Shown piece after piece: positions 11,211-21,876 of a stretch of DNA of 64,000 bases. This DNA comes from Tetramitus jugosus. Its lineage: Eukaryota > Protista > Heterolobosea. The stretch's first letter is position 1, and the number at the start of each line of letters is the position of its first letter. The notes beneath the pieces were generated by a model. It searched no databases and had not been told where the DNA came from. It saw only the letters and a list, made by a program, of their open reading frames with translations. The stretch is taken from positions 248,001 through 312,000 of the forward strand of contig OW569345.1 of the NCBI GenBank assembly GCA_937625935.1. Reading direction: 5' to 3'. The translations under genes and the position numbers were made by a program.

Positions 11211-11780
11211 TTGGTAAACATTGCTCCAAATATGGTGTATTCACTGGTTTCTGAGTTTATGAATACGCAGAATGGCCGTGGTGAGCATTCGAGGATCACT
11301 CATATGAAAGCCGGCCATTTTCATGCATATATCGTTGTTGATCAAAAAATAATTTTCACGGCAGGGTTTAATACCAGTGGACAACTAGGAATTGAGGATT
11401 TAAAAGCGACCAATATATTTACTCGTCACTTGTTTTAGAGAGTGGAGAATTGATTAAGGAAATCGGGTTGGGTGGCGCTCACACTGCCGTACTCACGACG
11501 AGAGGGAGAGTACTTACTGTAGGATGGAACGCGAGAAGCGAGTTGGGTTCAGTGCAGGCTTCGTGGCGTCTACTAGCTGACGTACCATAGGTCAAAACTG
11601 TTCATCGATGCAAGGGAAATCGAACTATCGTAATGTCCCAGACGGATTCTCAATTTTATGGTTGCGATTCAATTGGAAACAGGAAACCTTTTCAGGGCTG
11701 CCATCGTCAGTGTTTTACTGTAGATAGTAACCACGTTCAAGATCTATATAACACCAATGCAAGTTTAGATAACCTATGAT
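11211..11780 (+). pseudogene. Disrupted RCC1-repeat gene
   Basis: HMKAGHFHAYIV...FTAGFNTSGQLG ends at TAG 11436-11438. Similarity continues in another frame from 11441 (SGELIKEIGLGGAHTAVLTTRGRVLTVGWNARSELG), then stops again. Boundaries approximate. Confidence 0.6.
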
Positions 11781-11796
11781 TGTTGCTTTTCATACA

Positions 11797-12716
11797 TTAA
11801 TCGGAGAATTTTATAATGATTTCGTCTGTTTCATTGTATTCGGTGCAGGAACTGTATGCAGAGGACGATGAGCTATCATCGTCAGATTTTTGGTTGATCG
11901 GTATGGATGGAGCAGGTCCGCTTCCAAAAAGTTCTGTATAATTCTTGATCATGATAGATATACATTTTGAGAGTTGGGTGTGGTTAGGCAATCCCTTGTC
12001 ACCCGGAGGTGGCCGTATTAAGTTTGGACTCCACACTAAAGCCAAGTTCTTGTCATTCATACTATACTCCTCTATCGCACTCATATGATGTAACAAGTGA
12101 AATAAGCTCTTTGCTGTCGCTAGATGAGCAGGTGGAAGAGCTCGAATCAGTATACCTAGTTGTTCCACTTGTTCCTCTTCACTATTGAGCTCTATCGATA
12201 TAATAATCAGCCATAAGAAGAACAAAATACCAAAATTGATTAGCATTTTTCTACAATGTAGCTCTATCGAGTAGAAAGTAGTGAGTGTATATTTACCTGC
12301 AATCCTCCTGAATTCAGCATAATTTTTACATAGGAACAATGGTTCGGGTAACTCCCGGAAGTACCGTTTTAAAAGCGAGGCGAGATCAAACACAGACTGC
12401 TTGGAATAATTCAATTTTTTCTCTGTAATGAATAGAAGGTGATGTGTTACTTTAAGTATTGTGCAGAGAGAGAACTGTTTCATAGATATATTACACTCAC
12501 CTGTATTTAGAACTGAGACAATTTCTTTGACAGCTCTTTCACTTCCATTCACTCTAAACACTCCCTGCACAGGTTCCATTTGCGCTATGATTGCCACTAA
12601 ATTAGCGACTAGTTGAGGTACTTGAGTGAAATTATTGAGTTCCTCCTCTTCGTATGTCATTCTTTCGATGAGAGGCAAACCAAACAAGGGGCGCTTCTTT
12701 TTACCTATTATGTCAC
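11797..12716 (-). CDS. RhoGAP domain protein, spliced; first exon unresolved
   Basis: GVFRVNGS arginine finger, ASLLKRYFRELPEPL, MNDKNLALVWSPNLIR. Introns 12423-12500 and 12192-12296 (GT..AG, in frame); acceptor AG just above 12716. Confidence 0.85.
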
Positions 12717-13095
12717 CTGTATGTTAAGACAATTATTATGGATTGAGAGAGAAAGCTGTTTAACCTAAGCACGGTGGTCTACGTACGTATTTTCCATTTT
12801 CGCATTCTGATTGTACTGATGACAATTTTGGTTACTTCGACAGAACTGTATAACTTCAACTCCTGTTTGGTCCCTAGCAAAGCAGTGATACTTCTCTCTT
12901 GGCTTAGGTGTGTTGTGAAGAAAGGAGGAACAAAAATCTGGAGCGGGATATTGAAGTCGTGGACGAACAAAACCGATGCATGAGAAATCGTAAAAGAGAT
13001 TGAGCGCCAAAAGTAACGATCCTATTCACAGAATCAAAGAGTGATCCAAACACAGAAAAACATCTATCTCTTGATAGTAGAATCTCTTTGCATTC

Positions 13096-14199
13096 ATGTC
13101 CCTCTCTGCTTTTCGAAGTGCAGCTTCATCTCAGCCTCGAGAGAGTTTTCGATTTGATTCTCCTGACATGTCATCTTCGAGCAACAATAACAATCATGGT
13201 AAGATGAATGAAAACAAGACTGGATCCAGCATTGACAACGACAAAAGAAGGAACTCTAGTGCCGATCATCATGATCAGACAGTATTGGACAGTAAAACCA
13301 ATGAGAGCTTAGTGTCAGCCAATAAGATGCTCTTAGAGAAGATGAAGCAACAAGAACAAAGACTTCAGCAATACAAACACTACGAAAAGTATTTACAAAC
13401 AAGTCCGAGGGGATCATCTCCTGCAAGCTACAGTAATCCTAACGACGTTTCCCTGTATTCTAATCTTGATGAATTGTTGAAGGATTTTAAACGAGAGATG
13501 AGCACTGTTAGAACAAGTTTGGAAGCTTCTTCGAATATCTCTACCTTGGAAGAGCTTGAAAAACGCTCTCCATCACTGTTGTACAATGCAGACTCTGTCA
13601 CAATGAGGAATAATGACAGAGATCATTCCTATTTTTTCAGAAATGACACCGCGGCCAAAGAATACTTATCTTCGAATACAGAAGGGATGCTCAAAGATTT
13701 AGATTTTTCTATTGATAGAAGCTCTATGAAACCTTTTGGAAATTTTGACGAAGATCCTACATCTCCTATCCAGAAGAGACTAGTATCTGACTCACCAATG
13801 AAAGGTGTTTCTCCTTCACCATTTACAAGGTTAAAGCAAGCAGATACGCGAGACTTTTTAATGTCACCGATTATTACTCACAAAGCCAAAGGATCGATGA
13901 TAACACAACCAACGAACAAGGGTGGTATTTCTAACAAGGAAACAAATCAAGAAATGAGTTCTAAGAACCAACAAACAAGAGCTGATCATCTACTCTTTGA
14001 TATGGACGATAGCATCAACATCAACACCAGTAGTCATATCTCGTCATCAGCTGAAGCAGCACTCAAACTCGAAAATATTCAACTAAGAAATGAAATTTCC
14101 AAGTTATCCTCGTCGGTAGTTGCTATGCAGACTAGAATGAAGGATTTGGAGTCTAGTGTCGATCAAATTCTTCAACTAGTTCTCTCAACCAAAAAATAA
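13096..14199 (+). CDS. Hypothetical Ser-rich protein with coiled coils
   Basis: 367-aa ORF with ATG start and C-terminal heptad pattern; no family recognised. Confidence 0.65.
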   Translation: MSLSAFRSAASSQPRESFRFDSPDMSSSSNNNNHGKMNENKTGSSIDNDKRRNSSADHHDQTVLDSKTNESLVSANKMLLEKMKQQEQRLQQYKHYEKYLQTSPRGSSPASYSNPNDVSLYSNLDELLKDFKREMSTVRTSLEASSNISTLEELEKRSPSLLYNADSVTMRNNDRDHSYFFRNDTAAKEYLSSNTEGMLKDLDFSIDRSSMKPFGNFDEDPTSPIQKRLVSDSPMKGVSPSPFTRLKQADTRDFLMSPIITHKAKGSMITQPTNKGGISNKETNQEMSSKNQQTRADHLLFDMDDSININTSSHISSSAEAALKLENIQLRNEISKLSSSVVAMQTRMKDLESSVDQILQLVLSTKK

Positions 14200-14286
14200 T
14201 TAAATGAGAGATACAATTTATACAATAAATTAAGGTCCGTGGATCCCTTAAAAAGCCGACATGACGGAGGAAACAATTTTTTGGAC

Positions 14287-14290
14287 AAAA
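14287..14290 (-). terminator. Pol III T-tract terminator of the 5S gene
   Basis: TTTT on the minus strand a few nt after the 5S 3' end. Confidence 0.5.
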
Positions 14291-14297
14291 GAATGCA

Positions 14298-14420
14298 ACG
14301 CCTACATTACTGAGGGTTCTCGAGTAGTCTCCTATCTCAATACTAACTCAGCCAGATGGTGCTTAACTTCTCTATTCGAAATGGGAAGAGGTGGTTCCAC
14401 CATTGTATGAACGTAGACAT
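14298..14420 (-). rRNA. 5S ribosomal RNA gene (single copy in this window)
   Basis: Minus strand reads ATGTCTACGTTCATAC...GAAGTTAAGCACC...GGCTGAGTTAGTA...AGGAGAC...GAACCCTCAGTAATGTAGGCGT, about 120 nt, matching the eukaryotic 5S layout. Terminal stem AUGUCUAC/GUAGGCGU; box A-like AGTTAAGC (plus 14361-14368). Confidence 0.92.
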
Positions 14421-14442
14421 CAATGTGGTTCATTGTCTCAAC

Positions 14443-14457
14443 TTCTGCGCTTTTCGT
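14443..14457 (+). repeat. Left target-site duplication TTCTGCGCTTTTCGT
   Basis: Identical to 15603-15617. Confidence 0.93.
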
Positions 14458-15602
14458 CGAGCATCTTCAAATCCAATATCCGCCTCCGTGAGGTGAAGCA
14501 TACATATCTTGGTTGGTGCGCCAAACTACTCCATGGCTCTGGTATCGCAATCACGACCGACGATTGTCACGAATGCGAGAGATGCAGCGTTGGTTGGTGC
14601 CTTCCCACCGGCGATGCAAGGCTCCTCCGAGGTAGTGGGATCTTTAAGAACCATCAGCTTTTTGATGAGGATGGTATCATGACTGTACCCTACAAAGATG
14701 CGAAGTCAAAGTTTAAGATGGTGGGTATAGGGCCAAAAAGGTACATGAGGATTCGTGCCTACATGGAGCTGCTTGGTAAACCATGCGATGAAAAGTGGAT
14801 TGCTCAAAGAGTTGTACGGCAAGAGGTCTTAGTGATTGTCAGTGACAGGGAGATTGTTGAGAATAACATCAGGAAGGGTTTGACTGATCACTTCTCAACG
14901 GAAAGGAGTGGAAATATCTCAAAGCACGCGGAATGGTGGCTGGAAGCTGCATTGCAGCAAGACAAGGGGTGGAACAACTTTCTCAAATGCCCTTTTGGTC
15001 TCGAAAGAAGGGAAATGTGGTTCTATCACCAGGTGAGGAGTGGAACTCTCCATACAAGAACTGGTATTCATATGCTGTACAATCCATTGATGGAGGTCAC
15101 TTGCACACACTGTTGCAAAGCTCCAGAAACCATAGTGCATCTGCTTGTGGAATGTGAACCTGCAAGGGTAGCAAGAAGCATGTTGGTTGAAGAGCTGAGG
15201 GAGAAATTGAGCAAGCTGAGTTTGCGAGGCTCGATCAAGGTTCCCATATGGTTCGAGGATGTTTTATATGAAAGTGGAAAGATTCAACCACGAAGGGTTA
15301 AGCGAACTCCTGAAGGTACACTACAGGGACTGATGGGTAAGGAAGGAGACTTCCAGGAGGTGCTCCTAGCCGAAATGAAGCTCTCCGGTAAGAAGAGAAG
15401 CGAAGCAGAGAAGAAGATAAGGAGGGTCATTGACTCAGTCAAAAGGTCGTGCATCAAGGCACTATACAAGATATATATTAACTCTGTCGCGCAGAGGAGT
15501 GAAACACTGCTCGTCACCTAACGGTGCCGAGCGGAATCATGACTCATAGTAGTGTATAGAATAAAGTGGCAACAAACGTTGTATGGAAAAAAAAAAACAA
15601 AA
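14458..15602 (+). mobile_element. 5'-truncated non-LTR retrotransposon (L1/Tx1-like) with poly(A) tail
   Basis: Flanked by a perfect 15-bp direct repeat. Open frame to TAA 15521 encodes an ORF2-type C-terminus with zf-RVT motif (TLHTR...CTHCCKAPETIVHLLVEC). AATAAA at 15560-15565; tail A11-C-A4 at 15587-15602. Confidence 0.9.
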
Positions 15603-15617
15603 TTCTGCGCTTTTCGT
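15603..15617 (+). repeat. Right target-site duplication TTCTGCGCTTTTCGT
   Basis: Immediately follows the poly(A) tail; identical to 14443-14457. Confidence 0.93.
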
Positions 15618-15699
15618 AGGTTGGGTGTTTATCGCAACGAACAATTTATCATCACTTGTTTTTGTTCCTCTCCTAACTATTTGGAAAGGAAATATCAAA

Positions 15700-17405
15700 A
15701 TGGAGCAAGAACGATCACTTTCACCATTACTTAAAGATCGACAAGGAAATCTAGAACTCGAAGAGATCAATCATGATCATCGAAAAAAGAAGTTAGTTGA
15801 TCATTTGGTAGCCCAGTATCTCGTTAAGCGAGGATTGTCAGACACCGCAAAAGTTTTTGCAAAGGAGACAGAACTGTTGAATCAAGGATCTTATCACATG
15901 ATTGTTCCTTCATTTCAGTACTATAACTTGACTCTAGATCAGTGTTTAGATAGAGCATTGAAAGTGGACGGTAGAAAAGCCGCGTCCGACCTCTCTTATA
16001 AACAGCGAGATAAATTGCTACAGAGGGTAATGAATATCAATCCTGATGAATGTGGATTATTGTCCTCACTAGATATTACATCCATCCTCAATGATGAGAA
16101 ACAAACGCATGTTCTACTCATGATGTATCAGGAATTCTCGAACTCTGAACAATTATTGCACATGTTTCTCCACTTGTATTTTAAACATGGCGATATGAAG
16201 GAAGACAAACATAATGTTCTCAAGTCGATGAGCTTGTGGATGAAGTTCTTTTATTTGAGATTTGATCGGTTCGAATGTAATGGAGTTCCTACTGCCACTC
16301 ATATTGTCAAAATGATGAATCAATTCATTCAAGCAGAAATGAATTACTTAACGTTTCTTGCCTCAGAATCCATTGCCCAGCAAGAGTTGAGAGAACAATT
16401 CATCATATTACTAACAGTGATGCAAGGAAGCTACGTAGGAAAGAAATCAATTTTGAGCTCCTCGGATCTCCTTAGTTGGTGTGTTAAGAACAGAAAATGT
16501 CCGAATGGTCAGTCAGTCTTTCAAATGAACCCCAGAGTAGTTGCCTATCATCTAACTATAATCGAATTCAATAAGTTTGCCGCGATTCAACCCCAAGAAT
16601 TCCTAAATCTACACTGGAGTAAAGCAAAGTACCGAAAGCGATCTCCGAATCTGTTACGGTTCATACAAAGATTCAATAGCATAACCAATTGGGTAGCATC
16701 AATGATAGTTGAACCTCCTTCTCTTGATGAGAGGATCCAGCGAGTGGAGTTCTTTGTTTCTGTGGCTCTAGAATTATGGAAGCTTAATCATTTCAATGCT
16801 GTTCAAGCGATATTATGTAAGTACCCTCCATGATTATTAGCGGATATTGTTGTTCGAATCACACTTATGGTTCTTTTATAGCTGCCTTTCGCAACAATTC
16901 TGTTTCCCGGCTTCAACACACCTTTGATGGTGTTCGCATCCACTACATCGAAGGGCTTTCTTCATTGAGAGAAGATATGAAGAAGCAAGGAAACTATTCA
17001 AAGTACAGACAGATTCTTGCATCGATATACGAAGAAATGAAGAGCAATATCAATGGCGCAATTTCCAAAACATGTTGCATCCCCTTTCTTGGAATGTACT
17101 TGTCTGATCTTGTCTTCACAGAAGAAGGTAATCCAACAACGCCTTTCTTCACAAGAGCTCAAATGACTTACGAAGTCATTGAACGTATCATGACATTTCA
17201 ACACAATACGGGAGATCAAGAACCGGCTTCATTCTGCAGGTACCTGGCGAATCAATGTAATCTTCAGTCGCACCTGTTGGTCGTCTTGGAATCACTGGAA
17301 GGACGAATCACAAGTGAAGAAGAATTGAGCAAAACGAGCTGTGAGAGAGAAAAAACAGCACTCAGAGTGAATCCTAGGAGTTCAAGTCCTCGCACACCCA
17401 CATGA
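15700..17405 (+). CDS. LisH-domain RasGEF (CDC25 homology), 2 exons
   Basis: LisH LVAQYLVKRGLSDTAKVFAKE; CDC25 motifs VAYHLTIIE, RFNSITNWVASMI, CIPFLGMYLSDLVFTEEGNP. Intron 16817-16881 (GTAAGT...TAG) joins the 15583 and 16830 ORFs. Confidence 0.88.
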
Positions 17406-17478
17406 GCTCAAAATCAATGTCATTGACAAACCACAGTGCTATGTAGATAAAATGTTGTTGTCGCTTTAATATATATAT

Positions 17479-18513
17479 TTACAAGAATCCGATGATTCCA
17501 CCGCCCAAGCTGAACTTTAGCACAAGCTTGAGTGCAAAGAACAAACCAAAGGCAACCACCAACACAATCAGCAACAATACACACAGTGTCATTCCACTCA
17601 TTTTCTGATATTTTTCTGCTGTAACAAGATTCTCATTTCCACTTCGCATCGACTCATACGTGGTCTCAATATTGTAATCAATCCGATCCAACAGAGTTCC
17701 CTGCTCCACCACCAGAGTACTAAACTCCTTAAACAGTTCGTTCAACTCGACAATCGATGTCAGAATCTCTCGCAATTCCTTGTCTCTTCGAATAATGTCC
17801 GCCTGGTTGTCCAACATTTGTCTAATTTGATCATCAGTGAATCCAGGATCAGCTTGCAACTGCTGTTCCATCTCAATCATCTTTTGTCTCTCCTCCGGGT
17901 CCAAATCATCGTGACCTCTCTCATCATAATTCACCTTATTGTCCCTCTTTTTTGACTTCAATCGATCCATACTCTTAAAATACTCTGTTTGTTCATCGCG
18001 GAATACTCGTGACAAATCATTCAACTCATTCACCAGTGAAATCTTGAGATTCTTCTTCATCAATTCTTCTTCTGATTTTGGTTCATCAGCCACCTTCATC
18101 AACTCCAACACTTTCTTACTGCCCAGAAACAGTTCCTTGATTTTCGCTGTTTGTACTTGCACTTGTCTCTCCTCCTGCTCAAAATCCTTCTTCAACTGAA
18201 AAGTCGAGTGTACGTGCTGCAATTTTTTCAATTCGTCCAATCCGTTCTTAATCTCTGCAATTGAATCCTGAATGCCCTTCAATATGATTAACCATTGAGG
18301 TTGATGATTGGATTGGAATTGATCAGAGTCACCCAGTTCGATATCTTGCATGAGTGGTCGACGACCTGAGGCAGATGATGATGATGAAGTGTACCGCAGT
18401 CCATATTCGTCATGATCAGAGTGGTAACCGTCGTTCAGGGGTGAGGAGGCAAGTGGTTTAATGTACCTCGAACGAATGTTTTCAAAGTCTTTGGTCAGAT
18501 CACGGTATGCCAT
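17479..18513 (-). CDS. STX16: Syntaxin-16/Tlg2 (Qa-SNARE)
   Basis: N-peptide MAYRDLTKDF, SNARE motif LVVEQGTLLDRIDYNIE, C-terminal TM. Confidence 0.88.
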   Translation of the reverse strand: MAYRDLTKDFENIRSRYIKPLASSPLNDGYHSDHDEYGLRYTSSSSSASGRRPLMQDIELGDSDQFQSNHQPQWLIILKGIQDSIAEIKNGLDELKKLQHVHSTFQLKKDFEQEERQVQVQTAKIKELFLGSKKVLELMKVADEPKSEEELMKKNLKISLVNELNDLSRVFRDEQTEYFKSMDRLKSKKRDNKVNYDERGHDDLDPEERQKMIEMEQQLQADPGFTDDQIRQMLDNQADIIRRDKELREILTSIVELNELFKEFSTLVVEQGTLLDRIDYNIETTYESMRSGNENLVTAEKYQKMSGMTLCVLLLIVLVVAFGLFFALKLVLKFSLGGGIIGFL

Positions 18514-18714
18514 TTCTGATTTATTGTTGTTGTGGTTGTTGTTGCTGTTGTTGCTGTGCACAGCGAATAGGTGGTGATTTTTTTGCTTTTTTTTCTCGAT
18601 TCAGGTGTTGGAAGGGATTTTTTGGCTTTTTTTGGAACGAGCAATCAAACGGGTGGAGGAGTTTTGATATTGGTGGCACTAACGGATGTTCCACCTACAG
18701 TTCTCATTGAAAAT

Positions 18715-19227
18715 ATGTATAGAAGAACCAATCCATCGTTTGGTCAGAGATTTCAACATCCTCCTCAGAGTAGTGGTGGAGACGGTCAAAATGGGATGGA
18801 TCAGAGTTCTGTGCTACGGTCCTCCATCATCAATACATCTACTATTATCAATCGAATGAATCAATCGTTGTTGGTTGAGAAACAAAATGAATTTGAGTCA
18901 AATTCTGATTCATCCATGTCTCATAGTCCTAGGTCTCTAATGAGAACATCTCAATCTTCTCCAACTGTCTCCTATTCACCAATGATTTCAACACCCAGAA
19001 GACAACTCTCCAATCCAGTCACTTTATCCACTCCTCCAGCATCGACATTAGACTTTAGTGGAAGTGGTAGGATGTCATCCATTCAAGCTCGATTGAAAGA
19101 GATGACATTTGAAGAACGAGATTTATTGGTGCAGACCATATATAACAAGTCCCAGAACTTGGGAAAAGAATGGATGAGAAACGTGTGGGATGAGTATGTA
19201 CAGGAAATGGATAAAGGTTTATCATAA
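18715..19227 (+). CDS. Hypothetical Ser/Pro-rich protein
   Basis: ORF with ATG at 18715; no family recognised. Confidence 0.55.
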   Translation: MYRRTNPSFGQRFQHPPQSSGGDGQNGMDQSSVLRSSIINTSTIINRMNQSLLVEKQNEFESNSDSSMSHSPRSLMRTSQSSPTVSYSPMISTPRRQLSNPVTLSTPPASTLDFSGSGRMSSIQARLKEMTFEERDLLVQTIYNKSQNLGKEWMRNVWDEYVQEMDKGLS

Positions 19228-19245
19228 GAAGCTATCAATACAATT

Positions 19246-19743
19246 TCAACTCGCTCCTTTCTTCATGCCTTTGTCGATTAATTTTTGTCTCGAGGATTCT
19301 TCAAAATAATTCTTCATCCAATCCTTCTTCCTGTGGTTCTTCAACTCCTCTTCTGTCTTCGTTTGTGGATGTACTACATCTCTTCTAGTTTTCAGTAATT
19401 CTTTCTCTTTGTTCGTTGTGGAGAAAGTTCGCTTACTTTTGACGTCAGGGACATAGCAACCTGCAAATTGTCCTGTCAAACCTGATTTTAACTCGATGCT
19501 ACCATCTTCACATTCTTCTTCCTCATCTTCACTCTCTGAATCTGAACCGTCGGATTCATGATCCCAATATCTCAATTGAGGTCTTCTATAATCTCTTGTA
19601 ATATTGTTCCCAGGAACTATATCTTTCTGAGCGAGCACTTGGGTCTGAAATTTATGTCCATAACGCTCACTCCACTTTTCCTTGGCTCGAAACTCTTTGG
19701 CCAATGTTTCTCTTAGTATTCCTGACTGTTGATTGTTCATCAA
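19246..19743 (-). CDS. Hypothetical protein
   Basis: 165-aa ORF with ATG start; charged, no confident family. Confidence 0.55.
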   Translation of the reverse strand: MMNNQQSGILRETLAKEFRAKEKWSERYGHKFQTQVLAQKDIVPGNNITRDYRRPQLRYWDHESDGSDSESEDEEEECEDGSIELKSGLTGQFAGCYVPDVKSKRTFSTTNKEKELLKTRRDVVHPQTKTEEELKNHRKKDWMKNYFEESSRQKLIDKGMKKGAS

Positions 19744-19842
19744 TGATTTTTGAAAACTATCTGGTTCGCGCCTTTTATCTACAGTGAACTAGCTTGAAAA
19801 TTGACACAAGCATTCTCTTCAATTATTCGACCACCTTGATCC

Positions 19843-21865
19843 ATGTTTCAATTGGATATTTACGAGAACAACTCAAAGCAACCAAGAAATATCAGATCAA
19901 AAACAAAAAGAACTACAGGTCGAATCAATGGAGAAGCAAGCTCAGAAGATGCTCGTACTTCAACGACTGGACAATTGAAAAAAGGAGAGAATCCAACAGC
20001 TGAACAGAATGCAAAAGAGGAATATGACTTGATAGAAGAACAAGGGACAAAGTTTGAAGATGTGGTTCCTTTGGAAGTACCTTCTTCTCAAAGTATCATG
20101 TTGTATGGTCGAGGATTGAAGAAAATCACTCAAGAGGAGCTGGCTGAGTGGAAAAGAGCAAAAATGATTGACCTTTCGTTTAATGAAATTGAATCGTTGT
20201 TGTTCTTGGTGGATCAGTCAGTGCTTTGTGACCTACAAGTCGTAAAACTTCCTTACAACCAAATCAAAGCTATTGAGGGATTAAAGGGGTATGTCAACTT
20301 GTTTGTGCGATTATCATTTCAGATTATATCTGATTCAATTTGTTAGGTGTCTTCAGCTCCAAGAGTTGTACTTGCAATCAAATCAGATTCAGAAACTCAA
20401 TGGACTTGCTCATCTCACAAAGTTGAGAATACTCAACATACAAGATAATTTGATATCAACCGATGATGCAGACGTACTGAGTAATGCTGAACTAAGAATT
20501 CTTAACCTGTCGATCAACAAATTGAGTAACCTGAGGTTCTTAAAATCGCTAAAGAAAACACAACACCTGTTATTGGCTCACAACAAAATCACATCCCTTT
20601 CATCTCTGGAGATTTCATGTTGTCGACGTCTGATTGAACTTTCTTTGTCAGGGAATGTTGGAGTAATAGTGGAGCCCACCTTTTTTAATTCCAATCGATT
20701 TCAATGCATCAGAATCCTCCACATTTCAAAGTGTGGATTGTCAGGGAATCTTTGCGACCTCTTCTCTCCACTCAAGTATTTAGAAGAATTACATGCTTCA
20801 GAAAATGATTTTACGAGCCTATCAAGCGTTGAAACATTATTTCCTAGATTAGAGCAATTAGACATCCGAAATAATGGCTTCACTCACACAATTCAACTTG
20901 TAGAACACCTACAGAATCTGCCCGAACTAATCATCTTAAAAGTTGAAGGAAATCCTCTTTGTCGCGAAGATTTTAGTCGCATGGAGATAGTGTCACGTTT
21001 ACTAAAGTTGAAAATGTTGGATAATGAGGAACTTGAAGCCGATATCAAAACCCAACTCAACTTTGAACCAGTGAGCATTCATAATCTGAAAGTTGATGTT
21101 TCGATGGATATGAAAAGTATTTTAGGGCAGTTACGAGAAGTGTTTAAGGATGATGCAGCTAAAGATTTGTTGGCTGAACACTTTGATGAATCATCTTCAG
21201 AGATTGTAACTCCTTTTTCTCTTGAAGCTCGAAGAGTTTTTTCTGTAGAAGAATCGATGAGAGAGTTTGATCATTTTAAGCATATGACAGAGAGAAAGCT
21301 TGAGAGTGCTATTGACCGATTGCAAGAGTCTTTGACTCAATTCAAAGAAGAATTCTCGGACGAAACATTGAAGAAGAAATTCGATGCTATGCTCGAGGGT
21401 GTTAATTTTGACATTTTTAAATACCAAGCCAAGCCAGAAGAAAAAAAGTGTGAATTCTATTGTATTGACAAAGGAGATGACAACTATTACAATAACACTA
21501 CTCCTCGACCAAATTCCGCTCGGTCTGTTCATACAGAATATAACCGAGAAAAGTGCAATCCCAGACCGAACACCTCTTCGGGTTGTGATAGGCTGAGTCA
21601 ATTGAACAATATCAGGCAGTCTCTTACTGAAGTCACGAGACCAAAAACGACAGCAAATATTTCAAAACGAATTCGAGATGCTGTGCGCTTCTCAAGACAG
21701 ATATCCAACGCACAAGCAGAACAAAACTCAGATCAGCGGATTACAGCCAACGAATCAACAAGTACTGTGAATAAGAATAACATGGAAAGAGCTTCCACTG
21801 TAAGATACAAAAATCCTCGAACTTATCGTTCTTCGAACAAACTGGTAGTGCGGAAGACTCGCTGA
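19843..21865 (+). CDS. Leucine-rich repeat protein (SDS22-like LRRs), 2 exons
   Basis: Repeated LxxLxLxxNxI and LRR cap GNPLC...LKMLD. Intron 20289-20346 (GTATGT...TAG) joins the two ORFs (IEGLKG|CLQLQEL). Confidence 0.85.
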
Positions 21866-21876
21866 AGCAGAAAGTT

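Noticed and set aside
12192-12500. Apparent transmembrane insertions in RhoGAP
   Set aside because: They are stop-free in-frame introns (78 and 105 nt) with GT..AG ends.
14391-14457. N-terminal extension of ORF 14391..15521
   Set aside because: It reads through the antisense 5S gene and the left TSD from a GTG; the element begins at 14458, so this is not a real start.
14458-14630. Possible 5' inversion (twin priming) in the LINE
   Set aside because: The plus frame is continuously open, while all three minus frames hit stops.
14298-15602. 5S-derived SINE (SINE3) interpretation
   Set aside because: The 5S gene is full length, on the opposite strand and outside the TSDs.
15583-15699. N-terminal extension of the RasGEF ORF (MEKKKQNS...)
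   Set aside because: The ATG and lysines come from the retroelement 3' end, poly(A) tail and TSD; the native start is more likely 15700.
19246-19743. Assignment as a ciliary microtubule inner protein
   Set aside because: Only a vague resemblance of ILRETLAKE..W..RYG; too weak to call.
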